Assembly (NCBI RefSeq): GCF_009914755.1
Contig: NC_060942.1
DNA from: the human T2T-CHM13v2.0 reference genome, Homo sapiens
Length of the DNA stretch: 64,000 nt
Reading direction: 5' to 3' (one strand)
Shown piece by piece: positions 24,996 through 37,098 of this stretch. The position numbers and the translations under genes are program-made. Under the pieces are notes generated by a model. It had not been told where the DNA came from and did no database searches. It saw only the letters and a list, made by a program, of their open reading frames with translations. The first letter of the stretch is position 1. Each line of letters opens with the position of its first letter.

Positions 24996-25293
24996 TTTTT
25001 TTTTTTTTTTTGATACAGAGTCTTGCTCTGTCGGCCAGGCTGTAGTGCAGTGGCATGATCTTGACTCACTCCAACCTCCCCCTTCGGGGTTCAAGTGATT
25101 TTCATGCCTCAGCCTCCTTTGTAGCTGCGACCACGGTTGTGTACCACCAAGCCCAGCTAATTTTTGTAATTTTAGTAGAGACAGGTTTTCACCATGTTGG
25201 CCAGGCTGATCTCGAACTCCTGGCCTCAAGTGATCCACCTGCCTCAGCCTCCCAAAGTGCTGAGATTACAGGTGTGAGCCATGGCACCCAGCT
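24996..25293 (-). mobile_element. Alu (AluS/J-type)
   Basis: poly-T, GATACAGAGTCTTGCTCTGTCGGCCAGGCTG...CTCCCAAAGTGCTGAGATTACAGGTGTGAGCC. Confidence 0.96.
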
Positions 25294-25762
25294 GTAAATT
25301 ACATCTATAAAATATATATAAATATATATAATATATAAAATTTATAAAACGAATTTTACCTATTTTTGAAATATTTTTAAATGTGACTACTAAAACTGAA
25401 ATTAAAGTTCCATGTGTGGCACTATGACTTTCCCACTGGCCATGCTGGTCTGTAGTATATACTGCCTGGCAGCTGGGCCTGCCTGCTGCTGACAACCACT
25501 CTGTATTTGCTGTTTCTTTGAGATTCAGAGGCCAAGAAACAAAAATGTCCTGGCACTGAGACACAGATGGAGAAGGAGCTTATGGTGGCCCCTCTGGCCA
25601 CAATCTCTGAGAAGATTCTTCTGTGCACAAATCAAGCAGGGCTAGTTTGGATAGCACACTCAGTACTACTTGGCAAGCAAAAGTTCCCGACAATGTGATA
25701 TTTGTGAGTAAAGAACACAATTCATATTAGCTTAGAGGTTTACTATGGGTATTGGATTAACA

Positions 25763-25834
25763 GAAGGGAGAATATTAGACTCTTTTCACAAAGCTTCCAA
25801 GAGATCTTTGTAAAGAGTCTAATATTATCCCTTC
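25763..25834. repeat. Inverted repeat (hairpin, ~29-bp stem, 12-nt loop)
   Basis: GAAGGGAGAATATTAGACTCTTT(TC)ACAAAG - CTTCCAAGAGAT - CTTTGTAAAGAGTCTAATATTATCCCTTC, with one mismatch and a 2-nt bulge. Confidence 0.9.
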
Positions 25835-26784
25835 CTTTTAACGTTCAGATTATTAGTTTTAGCAATAATCTCTTCCTTTTAACATCCCGATTACTTGTCA
25901 CTGCCCAACTAAATCTGACCAGTCCTCTAAGGCCGCATTGAGTCTCATGTTGCCCTGAAAGACTTTACCTTCCAGAAGTCCCACACAATTCAGGGGCTCA
26001 CTTATCTTCTGCACCAGAAATTCTGCCTTAGTATTGTATTGAAACCCTGTGTGTGTTAGCTTACCCAACAACCCACCCATTCAGAGGAGGGAAGTCTGGT
26101 GTCCTGGAGCCTTCAGCACAGGATTGGTTTTCTGCTTTTAGTGGGCACTGAATCAGGTGTATTTTTTCAATAAAATGAAGGTTTATGCATACACACACAC
26201 ACACACACACGCACGCACTCATGCTTTACAAGGAAGAATGTACATATGTAATATCAATTGATAGGCAAGTGCATATTAAGATAATGAACTTAAGCAGAAA
26301 TATTTTACATCACTTATAATCATTCAGATTAATTCTCTCACAGGCATCAAATATTCTACTTCCTATCGGACATAAAAAGTGCTAGTAAAACAAACTATCT
26401 TATACGTATCTTCTTTGGCTGAGCAGGAGGTTGTTATTCGCTATGTACAACTTCCTTAGTTTCATCATCCAGAATCACCACAGTCCACTCCAGTAAAAAT
26501 TCTGGTTTGGACAAAGGCCAAGAATACTTAAAAACAGCAAAATAAAACAAAAACATAATAGCAAGTTAAAGAAAAAAAGAATTATAGCATAACATAATAT
26601 TAAAGACTGTTAATTTCCTCAAATATGTTTTATTATTTGCTTTACAAATGAGATATGACCTCAGACATTTTTAAATAAGTTAACTGCTAGCATCTCCTTT
26701 AGGAAAGCCAATATCAGATAATAAAATTCTGAAAATGTCCTTGCATATAAATGTCTAATGTTCTCTATAAATTCTAGAGTAAAG

Positions 26785-26923
26785 GGCACCAGGACACCCT
26801 TATGCCCTCATTTAACCTTTATCACCTACTTAACAGGATCGGTCTCCAAATATGGTTACATTGAGGGTTAGGATTTCAACATATGGTTTTTTTTCAGGGG
26901 ATACAAACATTCAGTCCACAACA
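26785..26923 (-). mobile_element. MLT1A/B (ERVL-MaLR) LTR 5' fragment
   Basis: The reverse complement begins TGTTGTGGACTGAATGTTTGTATCCCC...CATATGTTGAAATCCTAACCCTCAATGT. Confidence 0.8.
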
Positions 26924-27173
26924 CCTTGTGGTACAAAAACCCTGCCTATAAAATTTCCAATAATGAGAAATAGGTGAGTGGGCATTCAGGTATTAAAGGC
27001 AACTTTGGTTGCTCCTCTGAGTGGCACATTTCCTGAAGATACCACGGGGTAGAAATATGAGCAATCAGTTATAACTTGGGAGCCACAGGACAGCTTAGCC
27101 ACAAACTGCTATGGGACCCTAAGAATATCGTCAGTTTCTCTGGTCTTAATCTCCTTATTAGAAACAAGGAGGC

Positions 27174-27472
27174 TTTTTTTTTTTCTTTTGAGATAGAGTC
27201 TCACTATGTCACCCAGGCTGAAAGGAGTGCAGTGGCTTGAGCATGGCTTACTGCATCCTCAAACTCCTGGACTCAAGTGATTGTTCCACTTCAGCCTCCT
27301 GAGTAGCTGGGACCACAGGTGCATGTCACCACACCTGGCTAATTTTTTGTATATTTTGCAGAGGGCTTTCTTTATGTTGCCCAGGATGGTCTCGAACTCC
27401 TGGGCTTGAGCGATCTGTCCACCTTGGCCTCCAGAGTTCTGGGATTACAGGTATGAGCCACTGTGCCTGGCC
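27174..27472 (-). mobile_element. AluJ
   Basis: TTTTGAGATAGAGTCTCACTATGTCACCCAGGCTG...CTCCTGGGCTTGAGCGATC...GAGCCACTGTGCCTGGCC. Confidence 0.95.
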
Positions 27473-28679
27473 CATTTTTGCTTTTTAACTAGTAGGTAAG
27501 GAGAAGGAAAAGAGGCAGGAAATAAAGGAAAAGAAGAATCTTCTTTATTTTTTCTGTGTAAGTGTGTATAGTTAGCCAGGGGGTGTGAACATGTTTTAGT
27601 GGATACATTTCTTGCTAATGTTTGTAATATTTACATGCCAGATTTGCAGGCAGAAAACCAGGTGTTCCTGGAGGGTTTTGCCCTTGTGCCATGATCAAAT
27701 GGCTATTTTCAAGAGATCTTCAGCAGTCCAGTGTCTATTTTTATAACCACAGCTTGGAAAGGCTATGCAAAATTAGACAAAGTATCCACAAAGGAGTTCA
27801 TCACCTAGTTAACACTTGTATAATAATGCAGACAACATAGAAGAAAATGGAAAGGGAAGATTAAGAAGTAAACAATAGGATTACCAGATGGGGCAGACCT
27901 CGAAGGCATCAACATTTCTAATTTTTTTATTGGCTTGGAAGAAACACAAATTGAGAACAAATTTCAAGAAAGTTTGCTTCCAAAACACAACCTGATTTTC
28001 CTTAGTTGTAAGGAAGACAGCTGCTACACGTGTTTATACTAATGAATTTTAAATGCAAAAGGGAAAACTTCTGAAAAGCCCCCTAACATTACTCAGGAAG
28101 AAACTGCTTTGAGTTTTTTTCACACAAAGTTGGAAAATACATTCTCTAATCTCTGTAGATATGTTTAATTTCCTTATGGGATAGCCCAAGGTCTTTGGGG
28201 CTTCTTGGGATGTGCACTGATGACCTAGGGGAAGTCCAGTAAGTATGGAAAGAGTGGTCGGTCTCACTCAAATAAAAATAATTGGGTCATTTATGACATG
28301 TTATTTGAGGCTTAGTATGATATTTGTCCCAGACTGACTCTAGAAAGCAACCTTCCCTCCTATGGAGACGCTAATGAAGAAGAGCCTAAAGTTAGGGGTG
28401 TTCTGCCTAAAATAATCAGTGATCCACTTTTTTTTTTTTGAGAATGGTAAAGCCATTTTCAATTATTCAGAAGTATAAATCCATCTGTCAGTTTAACTTG
28501 TGTGCATGAATGGATCATATGTACTGGCTTACTATAACTTTAGAATATAGCACAATGACTGGTAACTACGTGGTGAATGACAGATGTTTGGAGTCCGGCC
28601 CAGCTCAGTTTCTTCAAGAAATTATACTGGGAACACTGGGTTTTGTGAATCATCTCTAGTGATGTCGAGGTGTGCTGTT

Positions 28680-29130
28680 TTGTGGTTAATAGGTATCCAG
28701 CACCTGCTCCTTCTTCATTCTGTTGTGCCCTCTATATTATAGAGTCCAAAAACTTAAATATGATATATTTTTCCTTAAAGCTAAAGATCCAGGGAAAACT
28801 AAGTTATTTGAATGCAAGGCACTGGAGAGGGATTTAGAAGACACAAGTGAGGTCAGGCATCTTCCTGCTGCTTTGGCTGCCTTTCCCAGTTAGTACGGCT
28901 GGAAAGTTGAAGTTTACCTGAAACAGTGTGTAAGTGTCAAGTCTTTAACATCATGGGTGTCAAGAAACAGATGCACCAATGAGTGCTGAAGGAGTGACTC
29001 ATTTTTCCAGTGTTCAGTCATCAGCTTTATGGTGAATAAGAGCCAGATGGAGCTGCAGTGGCTTCCTTCTTCTGACTTTCTGATTCCTTGATCACATCTG
29101 TGGAATAATGTTCTTGGACTCAATTATACC
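28680..29130 (+). mobile_element. LTR33-like (ERVL) LTR fragment
   Basis: GATTTAGAAGACACAAGTGAGGTCAGGCATCTTCCTGCTGCT, CCAGTGTTCAGTCATCAGCTT and CTGATTCCTTGATCACA...TGTTCTTGGACTCAA resemble the recalled LTR33 consensus. Confidence 0.55.
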
Positions 29131-29317
29131 CTTCTCTGGCACTTATCTTTGCTCTCTTTCCTGCAGCTTTATTTATCTAAGTTCCACCCTACTTCCTGGC
29201 CAAGACTCACAGGTGAACAATGATCCAACTCTTTTGAACCCATGCTCAGAGTGGTCCAAATTGATGAACTATGATCATGGAAAGTGCTACTCAGGCATGA
29301 TCCAATTCCATAGGCTA

Positions 29318-30130
29318 TTTTATTCAAAAATAAATTCATTGAGTAGCACATTTTGGGCAGCCCTTATTAATATGGTTTTAAATGAGATAAACAAGGTCCT
29401 GACTCTCATGCAGTTGAACTTCAGTGAAGGAAACATACAATAAAGTAGATTTATAAATAAATAGAATAATTTTAGAGAGAAATTGCAAGATAAAAATTGA
29501 GCACAACAATATAATAGATACAGAGGAAGGGATTATTTCAATTGTTGGTGATATTTGACCTGAGACATAGTGGACAAGAAAGAATCATATGCAAACCTCT
29601 GAGTAAAACACATGTCAATTGAAGGAATAGTAAGTACAACACTCTAGAACATGAACAGGCTTTGCATGTTTGAGAAACTGAGAGGAAGCAGTGAGACTAG
29701 AAAGCATTGAATCAAGAAGAGAGTATTACAAGATGACATTGGAAAAATAGTAGGGCCAGGCTACATAGTGTCTTAAAGGCCATGGCTAAGAGGTGAGTTA
29801 TTACTTGAAGATGGAAAACATGTCATTTCTCAATGAAGAAAGAGATGTTGTATGATTCACTTTTCAAGAAAGCTAGCCTAGCTGCTTGGTGAAAATGTAC
29901 TGTAAATGTTCTAGTGGAAGAAGGGATACATGTAATGGTACTCTTGCAGACATCTAGGCAATCTGTGATGGTGGCCTGGACCAGAGGGATAGCTATAATG
30001 CTGATTAAAAAAACAAAAACAAGAATGACTCTACAGTTTTAGCCTAAGCAACTGGAGGAAGAGTGGTGGTGTGGTTTACTGAGATAAGAAAAGATTTATG
30101 ATCAAGAAGTTTGGGGAATAAAGAAAACAC
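29318..30130 (-). mobile_element. L2a 3' region
   Basis: TTTATTCAAAAATAAATTCATTGAG...CAAGGTCCTGACTCTCATG...GATATTTGACCTGAGAC...GATGGTGGCCTGGACCAGAG...TTTAGCCTAAGCAACTGG. Confidence 0.8.
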
Positions 30131-30254
30131 ATTTTGGAGGGGGACAAAAATAGAAAAAAGTATAGGTGGTAACATTACCTAAGGGTTGCAATGACTCAAT
30201 GCCTACAATTGTTACAGACATAAGCTGGAAGGTAAGCAGCTGTGAGCTCAAATA

Positions 30255-30410
30255 TGAAGTAATAGACACTAATAGTTCTGTTGCCTTGGGTAATTACTTA
30301 TCTCTTCAAACCTCAGGCTCCTCTTCTGGAAGCAATGATAAAAACATTTACTACAGGTGATGCTTTAAGGATTGGATAACATCATGGATGTAAGTCACAT
30401 AACAAATGTT
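30255..30410 (+). mobile_element. MIR SINE
   Basis: CACTAATAGTTCTGTTGCCTTGGGTAATTACTTATCTCTTCAAACCTCAG. Confidence 0.6.
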
Positions 30411-30469
30411 TGGAAAATAATCAATAACAGATGTTTGGAAAATAATCAATAACAAATAAAATATCACAG

Positions 30470-31150
30470 TTTTTTTTTCAGTCCTCATGACAGATAAGAT
30501 ACTCTGAACAACTACCCCACCTAAAACAACTAAAATTTCAGAATACAATATACCCATAGATATTTTAAAGGTCATTTTCAAATGCATTACTTAGCTGGTG
30601 GGAAATTAAGGTAAGTTCAGAAGCCAAAAGTCAAACGAAGCCTGGACTCCAGTGAAGGAAGTTTGCTCACAAATGCCAAGGTCTGACCAAAGCCAAGCTT
30701 GGTAACCTCAGCTTTCATTTTGACCTTGTGAGGAAAGGAGTAAAGAGGAGACATTATCTAGAACCTATGGATCAAAGGTAGTCTAAAAGGAGTCTTCTGT
30801 ATAAAACTAGAACCCCAGAGGATTGTAAATAAACCCAGCCTACAGAAAGGTATGGCAAAAATACTCTCCTGGTTTCATTTGGATGCTAGATTGAAGACAG
30901 TTAAAAATCTCTCCAAAGGATTTGTAACATCAGGTTAACCATTATGTGAGTTTGTCAATTATGGTCCAAATTTTGTGTGCCTGGGTCATCTAAAACACTT
31001 AAAGTTAGACTTTATGTTAAAGTGGTGCAAACTTGGTCTTGGTCAGCTAGGAAAAGCAAAACTGAATAGTCTGTGAGACCATGCAAGTTTAGCCAAACTC
31101 AGAGACTCCTACAGGTAAATATACAGTGGATATGAGCTCCCAGGCAAAAA
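30470..31150 (+). mobile_element. Possible ancient L1ME 5' region
   Basis: CCCACCTAAAACAACTAAAA...AAATGCATTACTTAGCTGG...ATGAGCTCCCAGGCAAAAATTA resembles old L1 5' ends. Confidence 0.4.
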
Positions 31151-33118
31151 TTAAAATAAATGGTAGCTATTGTCATTTTTATGAGAGTGAAAAATATCTG
31201 GCCAGACTTAGCCACAAATTTCCAACCCCTACACAGAACTGCTCTCTTGGTCCCACATTTAGATATTTCTCTAGTAGCTCGATAGAAATGATTAAAGCAT
31301 TGACCCACAAGCATGATTAAAACTTGACCCATGGGTCTTCCTTCTAAGTTTGTGCACTTGCTCTGCCTCTCAGTGAGTCCCGCCTGCAACCATTACATTA
31401 TGCAACTCAGAATGCTCAGCCTCAGAGTTGATGCAGCACCTCTGCCCTACTTTCTTGTAACAGACATTATCAAATTCTTTCTAAAATGCATTCTTTTCAC
31501 ACCTATTTTAGTTTCCATTGTACACTAATCATGTGGTTCTTGGTCCGTAAGTAATTTTAAAGAAATATCTTTCAAGGAAATGTAAGAAATTCCTGAGGTT
31601 TGTGTGGTGAAAAACTAAGCAATCCAAAACATGAAGTAAGAATCAGCTAGTAACTATCCAGTGGCTATAACAGGTTCAATTGATGGTATAAACTGAAGTT
31701 GCTTTATAGAACAGTGTTAGCTCTAGAGTTCAGAGGAGCTTCGTATTTTTTGTCTGTAAATATTCATAAAACCCACATCAATTACTGAATTAATCCTTTA
31801 GTTAGATTCTCTAGAGAATCACATTTCAACTGCATCTCTTGATGAGAATTTGCCATTGATACTGTCTTAGTTTGGAAGTAGCAATTCTGCCAGCTACAGC
31901 TTAAGTTATAAACTGTCTTTTACTGACTCATTTATAGAAGGAAACCACCTTGGGGCAAGAACTTTGTTGTTATTCAGCACTGTTCAAGCTAAACCATTCG
32001 TGCTGGGTATACTGGTGGCTCCTTACAGAGAACAAAAAATTAATAAATAAGTATCAGGCCACCTTAGCTAATTCATCTAATCATTCCCATAAATAATTAA
32101 TTTTAATTTTGTTTAATTAAAGTTATAAAGTGGGCTGAGCTGAAGACACAGTGTGATTGGTTTAAATCAAAGAAACTTCGAACACCACAGACACCCGAGG
32201 TGCTCAGTTATCTCCTTACTACTGGGGTACCCAAATGTGCTCTTTTTGTATGAATTTCTTAGGCAATGTTGTTAAGCCATGCTTCATTTTATGACTAAAT
32301 CACAAAATTTCAAGGATTTTTGGACTTCAAGAAGTTCAAAAATAAAATATTGATTTGACTGAAAGATGAAAAGACTTCTACTCACACACAGATTTGGACC
32401 TTTATCAGTATTTTCTATTGTCTGCATCTAATTAGAAAGAAGGTTTCTCCAAAGCCAAATTGGGCAGGGTGAGAGCCAGTGCTTGAATAGATGCCCAACC
32501 ATTACTAACAGTTCACGTTTTTAATGAGATATGTATGTTCTTAAGTATTCCCTTTTTCTCAAAACACGGTTTTCTGTGTGGTCTATTTTTGGACCAATCT
32601 ATACCAGTTCTTGCTATATCTATACATGGAGAAACACTTTTACATTATGAAGATATTATCCTTGAAGTCAAAATAGCTGATGCCTTCTATTTAACTATCC
32701 CTTTATGTTTTCCAAAGGACTTTTCTTATATGACCAATTGTTTTAAGAGCATCTTAATGTTACTGGTTCCAGTTAGTATACATTCTTGGACAAAGAATCA
32801 CAGACAAGATAAGTGGAACCCAAGCAGGCAGTTGCATTAGTAATTTGACTGACATGCTGGCTCTGTGAATCCAGCCTTAGCTGCAGCATTACCTCTCGCT
32901 CTTCCCCAGGAGTGTCAGTCTAGGGATATTACTTTCCAAGAATGCTTCTGTGTCCCTTCCTTAATTCCAGAGTTCAAGGTTGCCTTTCTCTTCTGCAAGT
33001 TGTCTGAAATCACTAGATACTAGGTTGCCTTCTTAGTCAAATATCAAGTCCACTTCTCTTCCTCACCAATACATTACCTTTTACCTCACCAGTCTCACAA
33101 AAACAACCATTTGTGGCT

Positions 33119-33121
<3 letters not shown>

Positions 33122-33159
<38 letters not shown>
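33122..33159. repeat. (AC)n microsatellite
   Basis: Pure AC run of about 19 units. Confidence 0.98.
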
Positions 33160-33162
<3 letters not shown>

Positions 33163-34980
33163 ATTTGGATGACAAACATGGAATTTTAAGTATAGGCTTC
33201 AACTTTGCCGTCCTCTATATATGCAAATGGAATAAAGAAATCCAGGAGCTTCTGTTTACACAACACTGTTTTTTTAAAAAAGTAGTTTAGACACAATATT
33301 AGATAGCATTTTACCTTAATAACACTGTCTGAGTAGATGTTGGTTTGCAGTTGTATAGAAATAAATACTAGTAGAGGCTCTGAGGTGTGGCAGAAATGAA
33401 CTTAACTTGATATCTTAGTCTTCCATCTGTAACATGGAGCTGTGTTTTGTTTTGTTTTGTTCTTTCTTTCTTTCTCTGGTTTTCTTTTGGAAAAGAAAAG
33501 AGAAGGAAAGGAAAGAAAGAAAAAGGACGAAAAGAAAAGACATTTAAACCAGATTACCTCTAAGGTCTTTTCCAGCCCTAATATTCTTTGATCCAAAGAG
33601 GAAACACTTTTGGTTCTCCAGGGAATGGGAGACATATTCTTTCAGACGCTCTAAATGGGTCTGAAAGCAGTCTTCTCTAAAATAGTGTCAGTATATTTGA
33701 AGTCCTGCCCAAGGGCAGAATAGGTCTTTTATGTCTGAAAAAGGTGATTTTGGTCTAAGCAGTTCCCGAGGCTGGTGCAGCCACCTTATGGAGCATTCTG
33801 TGCAGCTGGAAACTCACTTTGTTCCAAGAGAGAATGATTCCTGAAGTGTTTTCTTTATACTGAAATTCTTTTTATAAATTCCCTGATTTTTCCAACCTTG
33901 CCCTTTAAAGGAAGCAAAAATAAAACAATAGAACCATAACAGCTGTTTGCCAGAGTTGCACACTTTGGACAGCAAGGCCCTTTTCAAATGCTCTCCAACT
34001 CTCTGCTGATTTCCCGGTAGACTTGATCTTAATCACAAGCCTGATTTGGCACAGTAGGTCCTGGAAAGAGAGCAAATCTAATGCAATGTATGAAAAGAAG
34101 AAGCACCCTGTACATCTGAGCCACTCCAACTTCTTCACCCCTGGACCCATTTCAACACATTTAATCCTTTTCTTTCAGAGTTCTGCACTTTTAATTAAGT
34201 TAAATTCAAAAGGTTGATGGAGCAACTTATTAATTATTAGGTATCGAGGCCTTGGGGATACAAGGTGAGTGAGTGAGGCCCCTGCCTTCAAGAAGTGTAT
34301 ATTCTATTTGGAGAAAATAGCTTTATTACAATAACTGGACTGTAGAATTCTATCTGTAGTGGTAGATATACAACACACAACACTATGGGGATCATTCAGA
34401 AATATTCAGATCAGTGAAGGCTACAGAATAGAAATGATATTTAATTTCAAGCCATTGATTCAGATTTGATGAATAAATCAATTAGGTAAAAGGTATTGAA
34501 TAACTGTTGAACACTCAGCCTAGTTTCTGAAATAGAGCTTAACACATTTCCTCAACTTATACATCATAGAGATAATTGACAATTAAAGAATAGTCAAATA
34601 CTAAGCAGCATGACAACATTTATGGCAGTGATTTAAGCAGAGAGAGTATTCTAGGCTGAGGAAATTAGAGAAGACTTACCTATAGAGCTGAAGAGAGGAA
34701 GAGACAAGAACAAGTATTTACTATCTATTACCATTCTCTCTACTACCTCACACTTGTGCATGTGTGGGTGTGTGTGTGCATACACGCATGTGTGTGTGTG
34801 TATGTATACATACAGTGGGAAAGCCTTAAGATGTGAGGGTGACCATGTTCAGAATACTGTGATAAGATTTATATATCTGAGACAGAGGAATACACTGGGG
34901 GAGGGCTTGAATGGGGCAAGGTAAAGTACAGAAGTTTGAAATTGGATCTCTTTGACAGAAGGTGTGCATTTAAGGTTCTT

Positions 34981-35320
34981 GGCTAGGCGTGGTGGCTCAT
35001 GACTCTCATGCCAGCACCTCAGGATGCTGAGGCAGGTGGAATGCTTGAGCCCAGAATTCAAGACCAGTTTGAGAAACAGGGCGAGGCCTCATCTCTAGCA
35101 AAAAAAAAAAAAGAGAATTGAAAACATTACCCAGGCATGGTGGCATGTACCTATGGTTCCAGATACTCAGGAGGCTGAGGCGGGAGGATTGCTTCAGCCC
35201 AGGAGATTGAGGTTGCTATGAGCTGTGTTCGCACCACTGCACTTGAGCTTGGGCAACAGAATAAGACCCTGTCTCTTAAAAAAAAAAAAAAAGAAGAAGA
35301 AGAAGAAGAAAATAAAAAAA
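34981..35320 (+). mobile_element. AluJ with A/(GAA)n tail
   Basis: GGCTAGGCGTGGTGGCTCATG...GGAGGATTGCTTCAGCCCAGGAG...AAGACCCTGTCTC, then poly-A and (GAA)n. Confidence 0.95.
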
Positions 35321-35904
35321 TGATTTTTGAACTAACAGTGGTAATGTCTTATACAAAGGATCTTCTGGCTGGCAGCAGTGTATAGGAAGGGCTGAAGGTA
35401 ACAGAGTCTGTGGGTGCGTAGGATATGTGGCAATAATTCAGAAACGGAGGATCAGGATCTGACTAGGCTGTTGGGCATAAATGAGGCAGGAATAGAAGGG
35501 AGGTATTTTTGCTTGTTTCCTATTTGCCTCAAATGAAATGTAGGTGACTTTTGGCTAGAAATGTGAATACTAAAATATTTTTATCCTCACCACCTGCTTC
35601 GCTTTGCGAGTTTATAGCAATGAAAGATGGCATACAAAAGACAACTCTGAAAGAGATGAACAGCTCAATTTTTACCAAGGTCTTTTCTTAGGCTTTAACA
35701 TGGTGAAAGAGAGAGTTGTAAAAGTTGAAGTTATCACAGGGAGAAAAGAGCAGTAACTTAAAACAATATGCTTAAAATTAACAATGTAAGCTAAAATGTT
35801 GACCTTCAAGAACAAATTGCTTCATACACCCCAAACCTGAATATATCCTTCAGTGAAATGCGTGCCTGTCCCAGTCACTTGCAGAGGAACTGGGTGATCA
35901 GCAG

Positions 35905-36115
35905 CAGGAGGTGTTGGTTGGGAATTCAGTCCACAAACTAGCTACCTGCATGCAAATCCCACCTCTGACAATCTGAGAGACTTTCAGCAAGCCCTTCTGT
36001 TAATACAGGAAGGTATTACTGGTACCTAGTTTGTAGAATTATTGCAAGGGTTAATATATGAACAGAGCTGGGGAACAGTGCCAGGCATATGTAGGTCTTT
36101 TAAATGATAGCTGCT
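35905..36115 (+). mobile_element. MIR SINE (degraded)
   Basis: GCAAATCCCACCTCTGACA...GAACAGTGCCAGGCATATGTAGG...TAAATGATAGCTGCT. Confidence 0.55.
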
Positions 36116-36239
36116 GTGACGTTCTTATTTACTGGAGGTATAATCAAATATTGTCCTAATTCACCGTAAGCCTTTTCCTGCCTACATGTGCTTCCCACTC
36201 CTCTGCTCCTTGTAGGATCACATCTTGTTAAAAATCAAG

Positions 36240-36410
36240 TAATATTATTGAGTCCTTAGTATGTGCCAGGAAATTTTGGATGTCATTTGCTTTGCTTAAT
36301 TACAATAGTCAAAGTTTCTTTGCCACCATAAGTGTACAAGGTCTCAGGGATTTTAAATAACTTTCTCAGTCACACCACTATCAAGAGTTGGAGTGTGGTT
36401 TTAAGCCACC
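36240..36410 (-). mobile_element. MIR SINE (degraded)
   Basis: TATTATTGAGTCCTTAGTATGTGCCAGG...AAGGTCTCAGGGATTTTAAATAACTT...GTCACACCACTA. Confidence 0.55.
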
Positions 36411-37098
36411 TAAAGAACATTCCAAAACATCCCATCCCACTACTTTCTTAGAAGGAAATCTGCTCTAAGAGAAGGCACACGGAAACTCACTTCATTGTTG
36501 TTAGACGAGTGGGAAGGCTGCACCAACCTCTGCTGGAGTAATCTGTTTAATTTTTATGGGAAGGACTGAAGGCTAAGAGCTATTAAGAGACAGTGTGCAT
36601 ATGTTCCTTAGAAGTTACATAACTGGAAATACAATATATTTAAGCCATTGGACATGGAACTCAATGCACAAATCGACTTCCAGCCAAACCAAACCTGGAA
36701 CATCAAATTCTAATATCATTCATTTCTTTCATTATAGAAAGTATATCTCTTTCCCGAGAGAGGTGATGAAATCAGCTTCTAACGCCCTAGTGTAAATCAT
36801 GTGATTAAGTGAAAACCTAGGTATTTTCAAGAGGAGAAAAATTATGTGATTTTTGCTATTAATAATATATATCCATTAACTGATGACTAGATAAATAAAA
36901 TGTGGCATATCCATACAATAAAATGTTATCTGGCCATAAAAAGGAAGGACATACTGTTTCATGCTATAACACAGATGAACTTTCAAAACATTATGCGAAT
37001 TTAAAGCAGCCAGTCACAAAGGATCACGTTATATGATTCCACATTTATGAAATGGACGGAATAGGCAACTCTACAGAGACAGAAAATAGATTACTGTT

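Larger units (their letters stand above)
24755..25450. mobile_element. MER33 hAT-Charlie DNA transposon interrupted by an Alu
   Basis: TTGAAATGTGGCTGGTTGCAATTGAGATGTG...TTGAAATAACATAGTATTTGAATACATTGGG on the left. The element resumes after the Alu as AATTTTACCTATTT...TAAATGTGACTACTAAAA. Confidence 0.75.
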
